Assembly (NCBI GenBank): GCA_965228475.1
Contig: OZ245817.1
Span: 3,680,001-3,744,000 of the forward strand
Source of the DNA: Myxococcota bacterium
Lineage (GTDB): Bacteria > Myxococcota_A > UBA9160 > JAFDDA01
Reading direction: 5' to 3'
Length of the DNA: 64,000 bases
In this document: positions 54,206-63,217 of the stretch, one piece after another
Position numbering within the stretch: position 1 is the first letter of the stretch
How the letters are laid out: every line of letters begins with the position of its first letter
Made by a program: the position numbers and the translations under genes
The notes under the pieces: generated by a model
The model's database searches: none
Told to the model about the DNA's origin: nothing
What the model saw: only the letters and a program-made list of their open reading frames with translations

Positions 54206-54927
54206 GCGAGCTCGAGTGGGCCGGCCTCACGGCCGCCCTCTTCTTCGGCGCCGCCCTCCAGAGCTTCCTCGGCTTCGGCTACGGGATCGTCGCGATGAGC
54301 GTCCTCGCCGTGAAGCTCGGCGTCGTCCAGGCCTCGGGCATCGTCAACGTGACGGCCTTCATCCAGGTCGCCTGGGTGGCCTGGGCGCTGCGCAAGCAGA
54401 TCCGCCTCGACTACGTGGTGCGCCTCCTTCCCGGCATGGCCGTCGGGCTCGGCGTCGGCCTCCTCGCCTTGAAGAACGTGGACCCGACCTGGCTGATCCG
54501 CGGTCTCGGCGCGACCATCTTCGGCATCGCCGTCTGGAACGTGACGGCCACGCGCGGCCACGGCGAAGGCTCCCGCTTCTGGGAATTCGTCGTCGGCTTC
54601 TCCTCGGGAACGATCGGCGGGGCCTTCAACACGGGCGGACCGCCGATCGTCGCCTATCTCTATCGGCGGGCCGACTCGCCGGAGGTCCTGAAGGCGACGG
54701 TCCAGATGACCTTCCTCTCCTTCACCGTCGTTCGCTTTGCCACGGCCTCGAGCGTCGGACTCATCGACCGGGAGATCCTGCGGCTCGCGGCCTGGTTCAC
54801 CCCCGTGGTGATCGGCGGCGCGGTGACGGGCCTCGTGCTCGCGCGCCGGGTTTCCGCCGAGCGCTTCCGGACGATCAGCTGGATCGCGCTCGGCATGCTC
54901 GGCCTCCTGCTCATCGTGCGGGCCTGA
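54202..54927 (+). CDS. TauE/SafE-family (sulfite exporter-like) membrane protein
   Basis: LQSFLGFGYG and GGAFNTGGPPIVAY motifs, several hydrophobic segments. Start uncertain; CTG at 54202 proposed. Confidence 0.8.
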   Translation: MSELEWAGLTAALFFGAALQSFLGFGYGIVAMSVLAVKLGVVQASGIVNVTAFIQVAWVAWALRKQIRLDYVVRLLPGMAVGLGVGLLALKNVDPTWLIRGLGATIFGIAVWNVTATRGHGEGSRFWEFVVGFSSGTIGGAFNTGGPPIVAYLYRRADSPEVLKATVQMTFLSFTVVRFATASSVGLIDREILRLAAWFTPVVIGGAVTGLVLARRVSAERFRTISWIALGMLGLLLIVRA

Positions 54928-54980
54928 CGCCCGTTTTCGGCTGGCCGCCGGCCCCCGCATCCGCGAAGCTCCGCGCACCC

Positions 54981-55805
54981 ATGGCGCCGCGAAAGAACAA
55001 GACCCGGCAGCGGACGGAAGCCTCGCGCGCGGACAAGTACGTGCTCTACGAGCGCGCCGTCCAGGTCCCCGAGGCCGACGTGCGTTTCCTGCGGCGCATC
55101 TACCGCCAGCACTTCGGCCGGGAAGCGCGCACCCTGCGCGAGGACTTCTGCGGCACCGCGGCGCTGTGCTGCGCCTGGGTGAAATCGAACGCAGCGAACC
55201 GTGCCTTCGGCGTCGATCTCGACCCCGAGCCCCTCGCGTTCGGCCGGGAGCACCATCTCGGTGCGCTCGCGCCTTCGGCCGAGGCCCGCGTCCGGCTCTT
55301 CGAAGGCGACGTCCGCTCGGTCACCCACGAGAAGGTGGACGTGACCGTCGGCTTCAACTTCTCGTACTTCCTGTTCAAGAGCCGGCCCGCCCTGCTCGAA
55401 TACTTCCGCCATGCGCGCACCACGCTGAAGTCCGAGGGCCTCTTCGTGCTCGACATCTTCGGCGGCTGCGACGCCCACCGGCAGATGGAGGAAGACACCG
55501 ACCACGGCGACTTCGTCTACACCTGGGAACAGGCGCGCTACGACCCGATCGCCATGGAAGTGCTCTGCCACATCCACTTCGAGTTCCCGGACGGGAGCCG
55601 CAAGGCGCGCGCCTTCACCTACGACTGGCGCCTGTGGTCGATCCGCGAGATCCGGGAACTCCTCGCCGAGGCGGGGTTCTCGGGGTCCCAGGTCTACTGG
55701 GAAGGCACGGACCGCAGCACCAACTCCGGCAACGGCATCTACACCCTGCGCGAGCAGGCGCCGGACGACCCGGCCTTCGTCGCCTACGTCGCCGCCCGCC
55801 CCTGA
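54981..55805 (+). CDS. Class I SAM-dependent methyltransferase-like protein
   Basis: LYERAVQ, LREDFCGTA, GVDLD, GLFVLDIFGG and FTYDWRLWS..ELLAEAGF motifs. Confidence 0.8.
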   Translation: MAPRKNKTRQRTEASRADKYVLYERAVQVPEADVRFLRRIYRQHFGREARTLREDFCGTAALCCAWVKSNAANRAFGVDLDPEPLAFGREHHLGALAPSAEARVRLFEGDVRSVTHEKVDVTVGFNFSYFLFKSRPALLEYFRHARTTLKSEGLFVLDIFGGCDAHRQMEEDTDHGDFVYTWEQARYDPIAMEVLCHIHFEFPDGSRKARAFTYDWRLWSIREIRELLAEAGFSGSQVYWEGTDRSTNSGNGIYTLREQAPDDPAFVAYVAARP

Positions 55806-55815
55806 CCGGACAGGC

Positions 55816-58047
55816 TCAGGGTGTGACGTAGATCGGTGAGGACCAGGCGCGCTCCTGGTTTTCCGAGAGGCACTCGTCGGACTTGTCGGTCTGGTAGTCG
55901 CCGTAGCAGGGGTCGACCTCGATGCAGTTGCCTTCCGCGTCGTACTTGCATCGGAGGTTTCCCGCGTTGATCGCCGGGGTCGGCTCCTGGATGGCGCGAA
56001 CGTAGTAGACGGCCTCGCGGCCGCCGGCCATGAACTCCGGGTCCTCGAACTCGATGGCGCATCCGTTCGGATCCGGCGCACAGGCGAACTGACGCCAGGG
56101 GTCTTCGATCAGGTCCTCGACCGGCTCGTCCGGCCGGACCTGCGGCCGGATGCGGACCACGTCGATGCGCTCGATCCGCCGCCGTTCGTCGCTCGGGTTG
56201 TGACACTCGCCCCGGCAGAGTTTCTCGAGACGCTCGGCGCCGAGGCCCCGCACGGCGTACTCCGGGCAGCCCTCCTGCTGGATCGGCGCACCGACGGCGC
56301 GGACGCTGAACCGCGGCGCGCCGGAGACGGCCGACTCGCCACCCATCGCCACGCGTCCCTCGGCCCCGTTCACGAGGTCGAACCAGAGGAGCATCTGCTC
56401 GCCGGAGGTCGCGTAGACCTCCTTGCGATCGAGCGCGTTCCAGATGGCGTCGCGGCCCCGGCCCTCGGCGTGGACGGCGACGAGCCCACCCGTCATGAAG
56501 AAGGATGTCTGCCGCTCGTTGTAGGCGTTGCGCAGGAACTCGCCGAGGTGCGCGAACTCGCGCGCCGGCAGGGACTCGGGCGTGGGCTCGAGGGGCTTGC
56601 CGTTGATGCGGTCTCGCCAGGTCTCGTCCATCGGCCCGGAGGCCTCGGTCGTGTCGTGCCGGTCGCGCTCCTTGTAGCCCGTGCCCGGCCGGGCCGCGTG
56701 GTTGTCGCTCGACCCGATGAAACCGAACCGGAAGCGTCGCGGCTCCCCGGACTCGTCGAAGTTGGAGATGGCGAGCGCGTACTGGCTCGAGCCGGCGGGC
56801 CGGTAGCCGTAGGCGGGGTTGTAGCAGTCGTGGCACTGGCCGCAGCCGAGCCAATCCTCGACGGTCGCACCGGGCACGGTCTGGTAGCCGGTGATGCCGC
56901 CTTCGATGTAGTTGGCGCGGGCCGTCTCGACGCGCGCCTCGCAGGCTTCGTCCGACACGTCCTCTGCGCAGCGCGCCCGGATGATCTCGCCGGCGCGCCA
57001 GCAGCATGGCTCGTAGCCGTCGCTCGGTTCCGGGCAGACCTTCTCGCCCGAAGCGTCGTAGGCCACCTCCCGCCAGCCGCGGTACTCCTCGGAATTCCCG
57101 TGACCGGAATAGATCTCGACGAGCTTCTGGTACTCCGGGTCGTGCATCTCCCCGGCGAGCTGCTTGTCCCAGCTCGTGCCGAGGGGCGAGTAGAACCCCC
57201 AGGTGTTCCCGTGCGGAATCACCAGAGCCTCCCATCCGCCCTGGGAGAGCTTCTCGTAGAGAACGTCGGGCGTGGGCGCCGCTTCGTGGCAGTCGTCGGG
57301 CAGCTCGCGGGTGTCCACGCCGACCTCGCAGGCGGGAACGGCGCGGAACTCGCGCTGGTACTTCCCGATGTCGAGCACGCGCTGGGTGTCCGGCGCAAGG
57401 ATCGGGAGGGCGAGCTGCGCAATCCACGAGACTTCGATGTCCGGGCGGGGTGCATCGGGGTCGACCGAGCTGATCGGACGCGGCGGGATCTCCGCGTCGT
57501 CGAGATCGCGAAGGATCACGTTCTTGTGCCCGTAGTGCGCCTCGGCGGTCGGGCGGATGTGCGACCACTCCCAACCCAGGAAGGAGACGAGGTCGGGGTT
57601 CGTCGGATCCCCGGCGCGGGCGTTGCACTCGCGGATCGCGTCCTGGGTTTCCTCCCAGTGGAGCGGGGTCAGCGCTTCGGCGTGGTCGTTGATGCTCCAG
57701 AAATCGAGCGCCGAGCAGTAGCGCGCGTAGTCGCAGGCATCCGACGGCGGGTGGGCGCCGTCGCCCTGCAGGATCGCCAGGCTCGTGAGGAAGGCGTCGG
57801 CGGAGAAGGTCGTGTGGACGTGGAGGTCGCCGAACAGGATCTGCTTTCGCGGCCGCTGGTCGTAGCCGACGCCGCGGAAGATGCCGTCGGTGGCGATCGC
57901 CTGGCGGGCGACGCGCTCCTTCACGGCATCGCGGCCGAGGCCTTCGCCCTGGATCTCCCCCGGGCCTTCGTGTTCCCCGCATGCGAGCAAGGCCAGCGCC
58001 AGCGTCGCGGCGAGCGCGACCCGTCCCCCCGAGAACCCCTCGAACAT
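55816..58047 (-). CDS. DUF3604-family PHP-like metallohydrolase lipoprotein
   Basis: Lipobox LLAC; FGDLHVHTTFSADA, NDHAE, GWEWS, IPH, GSSDNH, YATSG, YYVRA and QERAWSSPI motifs. Confidence 0.85.
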   Translation of the reverse strand: MFEGFSGGRVALAATLALALLACGEHEGPGEIQGEGLGRDAVKERVARQAIATDGIFRGVGYDQRPRKQILFGDLHVHTTFSADAFLTSLAILQGDGAHPPSDACDYARYCSALDFWSINDHAEALTPLHWEETQDAIRECNARAGDPTNPDLVSFLGWEWSHIRPTAEAHYGHKNVILRDLDDAEIPPRPISSVDPDAPRPDIEVSWIAQLALPILAPDTQRVLDIGKYQREFRAVPACEVGVDTRELPDDCHEAAPTPDVLYEKLSQGGWEALVIPHGNTWGFYSPLGTSWDKQLAGEMHDPEYQKLVEIYSGHGNSEEYRGWREVAYDASGEKVCPEPSDGYEPCCWRAGEIIRARCAEDVSDEACEARVETARANYIEGGITGYQTVPGATVEDWLGCGQCHDCYNPAYGYRPAGSSQYALAISNFDESGEPRRFRFGFIGSSDNHAARPGTGYKERDRHDTTEASGPMDETWRDRINGKPLEPTPESLPAREFAHLGEFLRNAYNERQTSFFMTGGLVAVHAEGRGRDAIWNALDRKEVYATSGEQMLLWFDLVNGAEGRVAMGGESAVSGAPRFSVRAVGAPIQQEGCPEYAVRGLGAERLEKLCRGECHNPSDERRRIERIDVVRIRPQVRPDEPVEDLIEDPWRQFACAPDPNGCAIEFEDPEFMAGGREAVYYVRAIQEPTPAINAGNLRCKYDAEGNCIEVDPCYGDYQTDKSDECLSENQERAWSSPIYVTP

Positions 58048-58103
58048 TCCTCTCCCCTTCCCTTCCAGGATCCGCAGCGGCGTGGCGCTGGGTGAGTCCA
58101 ACC

Positions 58104-58841
58104 CTAGAGCTTCTCCGGCGCGTCGAAGCGACCGTGCATGTGCTGCATCCACACGCTCATGATCGGGCTGCGCGGCAGGCCGAGGCCGCGAAGCTGGTCC
58201 GCGATGGCGTGGTCGCCGAGCTCGAGTTCGACGCCCCGGCGCGAGAGCCCCACCCCGCGCGCCCCCGACGTGAAGGGCGTCCGGTGCGGGACGCCTTCGA
58301 TCCACGTGTAGGTCGTCATCTCCCGGTCCGGCAGGTCGCGCTCCCCCTCGGGCGTCACGCGCAGCGTGAGCACGTGGCGTCCGTCCGAATCCCAGCGGCA
58401 GGCCAGCCGCTCGCCTTCGCGTTCGAACTCGATGGTCTCGACGGTCTTCGGGAAGCCCCAGATCCCGCAGCCCGCCTCGCAGGTGAAGGATTGGTTCACG
58501 GGCAGGCGCCAGATGTACGTCCCGAGCTTGCCGCGGGTCATGTCGATCCACGTCCCGAGATAGGGAATGCCGGCGGGGGCCGTTCGCTCGCGCACGAAGA
58601 AGGCGATGGAGATCTCGTTGTAGTCGCCGAGGTCGTTGTCCTGGTAGTCGATGCAGGCGATGCTGCAGAGCGCACGGCCCGGGAGCGGCTCGGCGAGTAC
58701 GACCTCGTCGCCCGGCAGCAGACGGCGCGCGGCGGCGGCGTTCACGAGGAAGGTGGCGTTCCCCGAAGATGCCGCTCGCACGTCGCACGGCAGGGTCACG
58801 GTCCGGCCCTGGAATTGGTAGTTCGGCTGGCTGGGAGTCAT
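58104..58841 (-). CDS. Acetoacetate decarboxylase-family protein
   Basis: DYQDNDLGDYNE, LPVNQ and GCGIWGFPK (Schiff-base Lys position) motifs. Confidence 0.82.
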   Translation of the reverse strand: MTPSQPNYQFQGRTVTLPCDVRAASSGNATFLVNAAAARRLLPGDEVVLAEPLPGRALCSIACIDYQDNDLGDYNEISIAFFVRERTAPAGIPYLGTWIDMTRGKLGTYIWRLPVNQSFTCEAGCGIWGFPKTVETIEFEREGERLACRWDSDGRHVLTLRVTPEGERDLPDREMTTYTWIEGVPHRTPFTSGARGVGLSRRGVELELGDHAIADQLRGLGLPRSPIMSVWMQHMHGRFDAPEKL

Positions 58842-58973
58842 GGCTTTCCTCGCGGGAACCCGAGCCCATGGTGGGCGTGCGGGGTGGCGCCGTCAACCGC
58901 GTTCCGGCTCTGGAGGGCCGGCGGATGGCCTTCCGTCGTGACTCCCCACACACCGGGCGACTATCCTCCGCAG

Positions 58974-59537
58974 ATGGGCGACCGGAGCAGGCTCGAGCGG
59001 GGCAAGACCGTCTACCTCCACGCACCCGGCGCGCGGGACCGCGAGGAGTTCCTCGCACTCGGCCGCGCGAGCCGGAAGCTCCACCGGGGCTGGGTCACTC
59101 CACCGGCCGACGCGGAGGCCTTCGCGGCCTACTGCAAGAGGGTGCGCGGAGACCGCTACGCGGGCTTCCTGCTTCGCCGGAACGAAGACGATGCGCTGCT
59201 CGGCATGGTGAACGTCAACGAGATCGTTCGCGGCGCCTTCCAGAGCGGATTCCTCGGCTATTGGATCGGCGCGCCCTTCGCGGGCCAGGGCTACATGACC
59301 GAAGGGCTCGGCCTCGTGCTGCGCCACGCCTTCGGCCCGCTCCGGCTCCACCGGGTGGAGGCCAACGTCCAACCGGAGAACGCGGCCTCCCGCGCGCTCG
59401 TCCTGCGCCTGGGCTTCCGCCTCGAAGGGCGCTCGCCGCGCTACCTCAAGATCGGCGGCCGCTGGCGCGACCACGACCGCTTCGCCCTGACGAAGGAAGA
59501 CTGGCGCCGCACACCGAGGACGCGCCGCGCTCGCTAG
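58974..59537 (+). CDS. GNAT N-acetyltransferase (RimJ/RimL-like)
   Basis: IVRGAFQSGFLGYW, GQGYMTEGL, LHRVEANVQPEN and YLKIGGRWRDH motifs. Confidence 0.9.
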   Translation: MGDRSRLERGKTVYLHAPGARDREEFLALGRASRKLHRGWVTPPADAEAFAAYCKRVRGDRYAGFLLRRNEDDALLGMVNVNEIVRGAFQSGFLGYWIGAPFAGQGYMTEGLGLVLRHAFGPLRLHRVEANVQPENAASRALVLRLGFRLEGRSPRYLKIGGRWRDHDRFALTKEDWRRTPRTRRAR

Positions 59538-61753
59538 AGACGCACGGCGCGAAGCCGCAGGGCGTTCCCGATCACCGAGACCGAGGAGAGACTCATCGCC
59601 GCGGCGGCGAGCATCGGGGAGAGCAGGATCCCGAAGAAGGGATAGAGCGCACCGGCCGCGATCGGGACGCCGAGCGTGTTGTAGGCGAAGGCGAAGGCCA
59701 GGTTCTCGCGGATGTTGCGCACCGTCGCCCGGCCCAGGCGGAAGGCCCGAGCCAGGGCCGCGAGATCGCCGCGCACGAGCGTCACGTCCGCGGCTTCGAG
59801 CGCGACGTCCGAACCATCGCCCATGGCGATCCCGACGTGGGCCGCGGCCAGGGCCGGCGCGTCGTTGATCCCGTCGCCGGCCATCGCGACCGTGGCACCC
59901 TCCGAGCGGAGGCGTTCGAGATGGGCCGCCTTCTCCTCGGGCAGAACCCCGCCGTGCCGGTCGTCGATGCCGAGCGAGCTCGCCACCGCCCCCACCGTGG
60001 TCACGGCGTCCCCCGAGAGCAGGACGATGCGGAGGTTCGCAGCCCGGAGCGCCGCGAGGGACTCGGCCGCATTCGGCTTCACGGGGTCCTCGACGGCCAG
60101 GAGCGCGGCCACGCGGCCGCCGCGGACGAGGAAGCTCACCGTGGCGCCGGCCTCCCGCAGCCTTTCCGCGCGCTCGGCGAGCGGGCCGGCGTCGAGGCCC
60201 GCGCCCGCGAGCATGGACGCGTTCCCGAAGCGCACGTCCTGCCCCGCGACGGTCCCGGACACGCCCTGACCCGGATGCGAGAGGAAGCCTTCCAGCACCG
60301 GAACGTCGAGCCCGCGTTCCGCGGCGGCGCGCAGCACCGCTCCCGCCAGCGGGTGCTCGCTCGGCCGTTCGAGCGCCGCCGCGAGCGTCAATGCCTCGTC
60401 GGCCCCGAGGCCCGCACCCGCGGCCGGTTCGATCTGCGTGACGACCGGGCGCCCCAGCGTGAGCGTCCCGGTCTTGTCGAGCACGAGCACGTCGACCTCG
60501 GAGAGCCGCTCGATGGCCTCCGCGTTGCGGAAGAGAACGCCGGCCGCGGCGCCGCGGCCCATGGCCACGGTGACGGACATCGGTGTCGCCAGGCCGAGCG
60601 CGCACGGGCAGGCGATCACGAGCACCGCGACGCTCGCGAGCAGGGCGTGGGCCAGCCGCGGCTCCGGCCCGAACGCCGCCCAGCCGAGGAACGCCAGTAC
60701 GGCCACGGCGCAGACGGCGGGCACGAAGACCTCCGCCACGCGGTCCGCGCCCGCCTGCAGCGGCGCGCGGCTGCGCTGGGCCTCGGCGACCCGCGCGACG
60801 ATCCGGGAGAGGAGCGTCTCCTCCCCGGTGTGTACGACTTCGAGGAGGAAGCTTCCGCGGCCGTTCAGCGTGCCGCCGATGACCTCGGCCCCCGGCCCCC
60901 GCTCGACGGGGATCGGCTCGCCCGAAACCATCGACTCGTCGATGGCGCTGTGCCCCTCGACGACGATGCCGTCGGCGGGAACCCGGCCTCCGGGACGGAC
61001 GCGCAGACGGTCCCCGGCCACGAGCGCGCCGACCGGCACGATCTCCTCGCTCCCGTCCGGCCCCACGCGGCAGGCCGTCTCGGGAGCCAGTTCGAGCAGG
61101 GCGCGCAGGGCCCTGCCCGTGGCCGCGCGCGCGCGAAGCTCGAGCACCTGGCCGAGCAGGACGAGGGCGATGATCACGACCGCGGACTCGAAGTAGACGG
61201 GCACCCGCCCATCGGCCTCTCGGAACGCGTCCGGGAAGATCCCCGGCGCGAAACTCGCCGTCAGGCTGTAGAGCCAGGCCACGCCGGTCCCGAGCGCGAT
61301 GAGCGTGAACATGTTCGGATGCCCGTTGCGAACCGAAGCCCAGCCGCGCCGGAAGAAGGGCGCGCCGCAGCCGAGCACGACGACGGTCGAGAGCAGCGCT
61401 TCGAGCGGCCGGAGCAGCGCCGGCAGGGAGAGCGCGGGAACCATCTGGGCCATCGTCAGGACGAGCACGGGCAGCCCGAAGACCACACTCACGGCGAAGC
61501 GCCGCGTCATCTCCCGGAGTTCGCCGTCGTCCTCGCTGGCGGGAACCCCCATGGGCTCGAGGGCCATCCCGCAGATCGGGCAATCGCCGGGCCCCTCCTT
61601 CACGACTTCGGGATGCATCGGGCAGGTCGTCCGCTCACCCGCGGCGACGGCCGGACGCGGGGCGCCGGGGTCGTGGCATGCACCGCCCCCCGCCTCCGCC
61701 GCGTGGCAGGAACCGGGCTCGTTCTGGCCGTTCTGGATGGGATGCGACGCCAT
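59534..61753 (-). CDS. copA: Copper-translocating P1B-type ATPase
   Basis: CPMHPE..CPICGM metal-binding domain, SGE, CPC, DKTGT, HP, GDGINDAP, YN and MSLSS motifs. Start moved to 61753 because ATG 61768 lies inside the operator. Confidence 0.92.
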   Translation of the reverse strand: MASHPIQNGQNEPGSCHAAEAGGGACHDPGAPRPAVAAGERTTCPMHPEVVKEGPGDCPICGMALEPMGVPASEDDGELREMTRRFAVSVVFGLPVLVLTMAQMVPALSLPALLRPLEALLSTVVVLGCGAPFFRRGWASVRNGHPNMFTLIALGTGVAWLYSLTASFAPGIFPDAFREADGRVPVYFESAVVIIALVLLGQVLELRARAATGRALRALLELAPETACRVGPDGSEEIVPVGALVAGDRLRVRPGGRVPADGIVVEGHSAIDESMVSGEPIPVERGPGAEVIGGTLNGRGSFLLEVVHTGEETLLSRIVARVAEAQRSRAPLQAGADRVAEVFVPAVCAVAVLAFLGWAAFGPEPRLAHALLASVAVLVIACPCALGLATPMSVTVAMGRGAAAGVLFRNAEAIERLSEVDVLVLDKTGTLTLGRPVVTQIEPAAGAGLGADEALTLAAALERPSEHPLAGAVLRAAAERGLDVPVLEGFLSHPGQGVSGTVAGQDVRFGNASMLAGAGLDAGPLAERAERLREAGATVSFLVRGGRVAALLAVEDPVKPNAAESLAALRAANLRIVLLSGDAVTTVGAVASSLGIDDRHGGVLPEEKAAHLERLRSEGATVAMAGDGINDAPALAAAHVGIAMGDGSDVALEAADVTLVRGDLAALARAFRLGRATVRNIRENLAFAFAYNTLGVPIAAGALYPFFGILLSPMLAAAAMSLSSVSVIGNALRLRAVRL

Positions 61754-61780
61754 GACTGATACCCCCATAGGGTATCAGTC
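61754..61780. promoter_or_regulatory. CsoR/RicR-type copper operator
   Basis: Perfect 11-bp inverted repeat GACTGATACCC-CCATA-GGGTATCAGTC, containing TACCC-N5-GGGTA, directly adjacent to the copA start codon. Confidence 0.8.
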
Positions 61781-61782
61781 GG

Positions 61783-62430
61783 TCACCCCTTCGGCATCTT
61801 CGCCTGGTAGCCCATCATCTCTGCCGCCTCGGCGGCGATGGAAGGCCGGGCCCCGGCCCGCTCGAGCCACGCCGAGAGCCGCTCGTGCCCGGCATCGACC
61901 GGGAGGCCCAGCGTCGCCGAGAACAGGCAGACCAGGTAGACCGTCACGTCCACCACCGAGAACTCACCGCAGAACCAGTCGCGCCCCTCGAGCCGGGCGT
62001 CGAGCGCCGCGTGGTGCTCCGCGATCTGCTTGCGGGCCTCGGCGATCGCCGCCGCGTCGCCCGAGCCATCGGGCTTGTAGAAGACCTCGAGGATCAGGGT
62101 GTAGACCGGGGGGAAGAACACTTCGTCCGCGAAGAGTTCGAGCTGCCGGCACTCGGCCTTGGCCGCCGGCTCGGCCGGGTAGAGGGGCGGCTCGGGCGTC
62201 CGGTCCTCCAGGTACTCGAGGATCACGGTCGAATCCGTCAGCACGAGGTCGCCGTCGACCAGCACCGGGACCTGGGACTTCGGGTTCAGCCGAACCACCT
62301 CGGGGTGCTTGGGCTCGTAGCCCTGGGGCCCGAACGGCACCTCGATGCGCTCGACCGGAATCCCCTTCTCTCGCAGGGCGATCCGGACCTTGGCGGTGAA
62401 CAGGGAAAGCGGGCCGCTGTAGAGCTTCAT
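61783..62430 (-). CDS. Glutathione S-transferase family protein
   Basis: MKLYSGPLSLFTAKVRIAL, LNPKSQVPVL, DSTVILEYL and FSVVD motifs; GGAGG RBS. Confidence 0.9.
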   Translation of the reverse strand: MKLYSGPLSLFTAKVRIALREKGIPVERIEVPFGPQGYEPKHPEVVRLNPKSQVPVLVDGDLVLTDSTVILEYLEDRTPEPPLYPAEPAAKAECRQLELFADEVFFPPVYTLILEVFYKPDGSGDAAAIAEARKQIAEHHAALDARLEGRDWFCGEFSVVDVTVYLVCLFSATLGLPVDAGHERLSAWLERAGARPSIAAEAAEMMGYQAKMPKG

Positions 62431-62557
62431 GATGCCTCCGGGCGCAGTCCGAAAGGTGCGCCCGCAGGCCGCGCCGGGAAAGGGCCAAATCGCACGGAGC
62501 ACCCGGGGCCACTTGCCGCAGTGGAAGGGGTGCAGCTTCCGGCCCTACCTTTGGGCC

Positions 62558-63196
62558 ATGCGACACGCACACCCCCTTTCCTGGGCCCTCCTTCTGACCG
62601 CAACCCTCGGCCTCCTGGGCGCGGACTGCTCGACGCGCTGGAAGCAGCGCATGTACGAAGGCGGCGGACGCGACGAATGGCAGCAGCCGGACCGCGTGGT
62701 CGAGACCCTCGGCCTCGCCCCGGACGCCCGCGTCGCGGACGTCGGTTCGGGCAGCGGCTACTTCACGGTCCGTCTGGCCCGGGCGCTCGGGCCGGAGGGC
62801 CGCGTGTTCGCGATCGACGTCGACCCGGACATCAACGGCCTCCTCGAGGACCGACTCGCCGAGGAGGGCATCGAAAACGTCGAAGTCCGCCTGGCCAGCG
62901 AAACGGATCCGGGCCTGCCCGAGAACGTCAACCTCGTCTTCACGAGCAACACCTACCACCACCTGCCCGATCGGACGGCCTACTTCGAGCGGGTGAAGGA
63001 TTCGCTCGCGCCCGGCGGGCGCGTCGCCATCGTCGAGTACTCGCCCGAGACCGGCGGCTGGTTCGTCCGCACCTTCGACCACGCGACGGCGGAGGCCGAG
63101 ATCGTCTCGGAGATGGAGGCGGCGGGATACCGGCTCGAAGCGTCCTACGACTTCCTCGAGCGCCAGAGCTTCCTCGTCTTCTCGCCAGCGGACTGA
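62558..63196 (+). CDS. Class I SAM-dependent methyltransferase with signal-like N-terminus
   Basis: RDEWQQPDRVV, VADVGSGSGYF, VFAIDV, YHH and LAPGGRVAIVEY motifs. TACCTT 6 nt before ATG. Confidence 0.85.
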   Translation: MRHAHPLSWALLLTATLGLLGADCSTRWKQRMYEGGGRDEWQQPDRVVETLGLAPDARVADVGSGSGYFTVRLARALGPEGRVFAIDVDPDINGLLEDRLAEEGIENVEVRLASETDPGLPENVNLVFTSNTYHHLPDRTAYFERVKDSLAPGGRVAIVEYSPETGGWFVRTFDHATAEAEIVSEMEAAGYRLEASYDFLERQSFLVFSPAD

Positions 63197-63217
63197 GCGC
63201 ACCGCGGAGCTCGACGC

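Noticed and set aside
61754..61780. Intrinsic terminator after the GST gene, or copA start at ATG 61768
   Set aside because: No U-tract follows the stem, and its sequence matches a CsoR-type operator. ATG 61768 is in the operator loop with no RBS.
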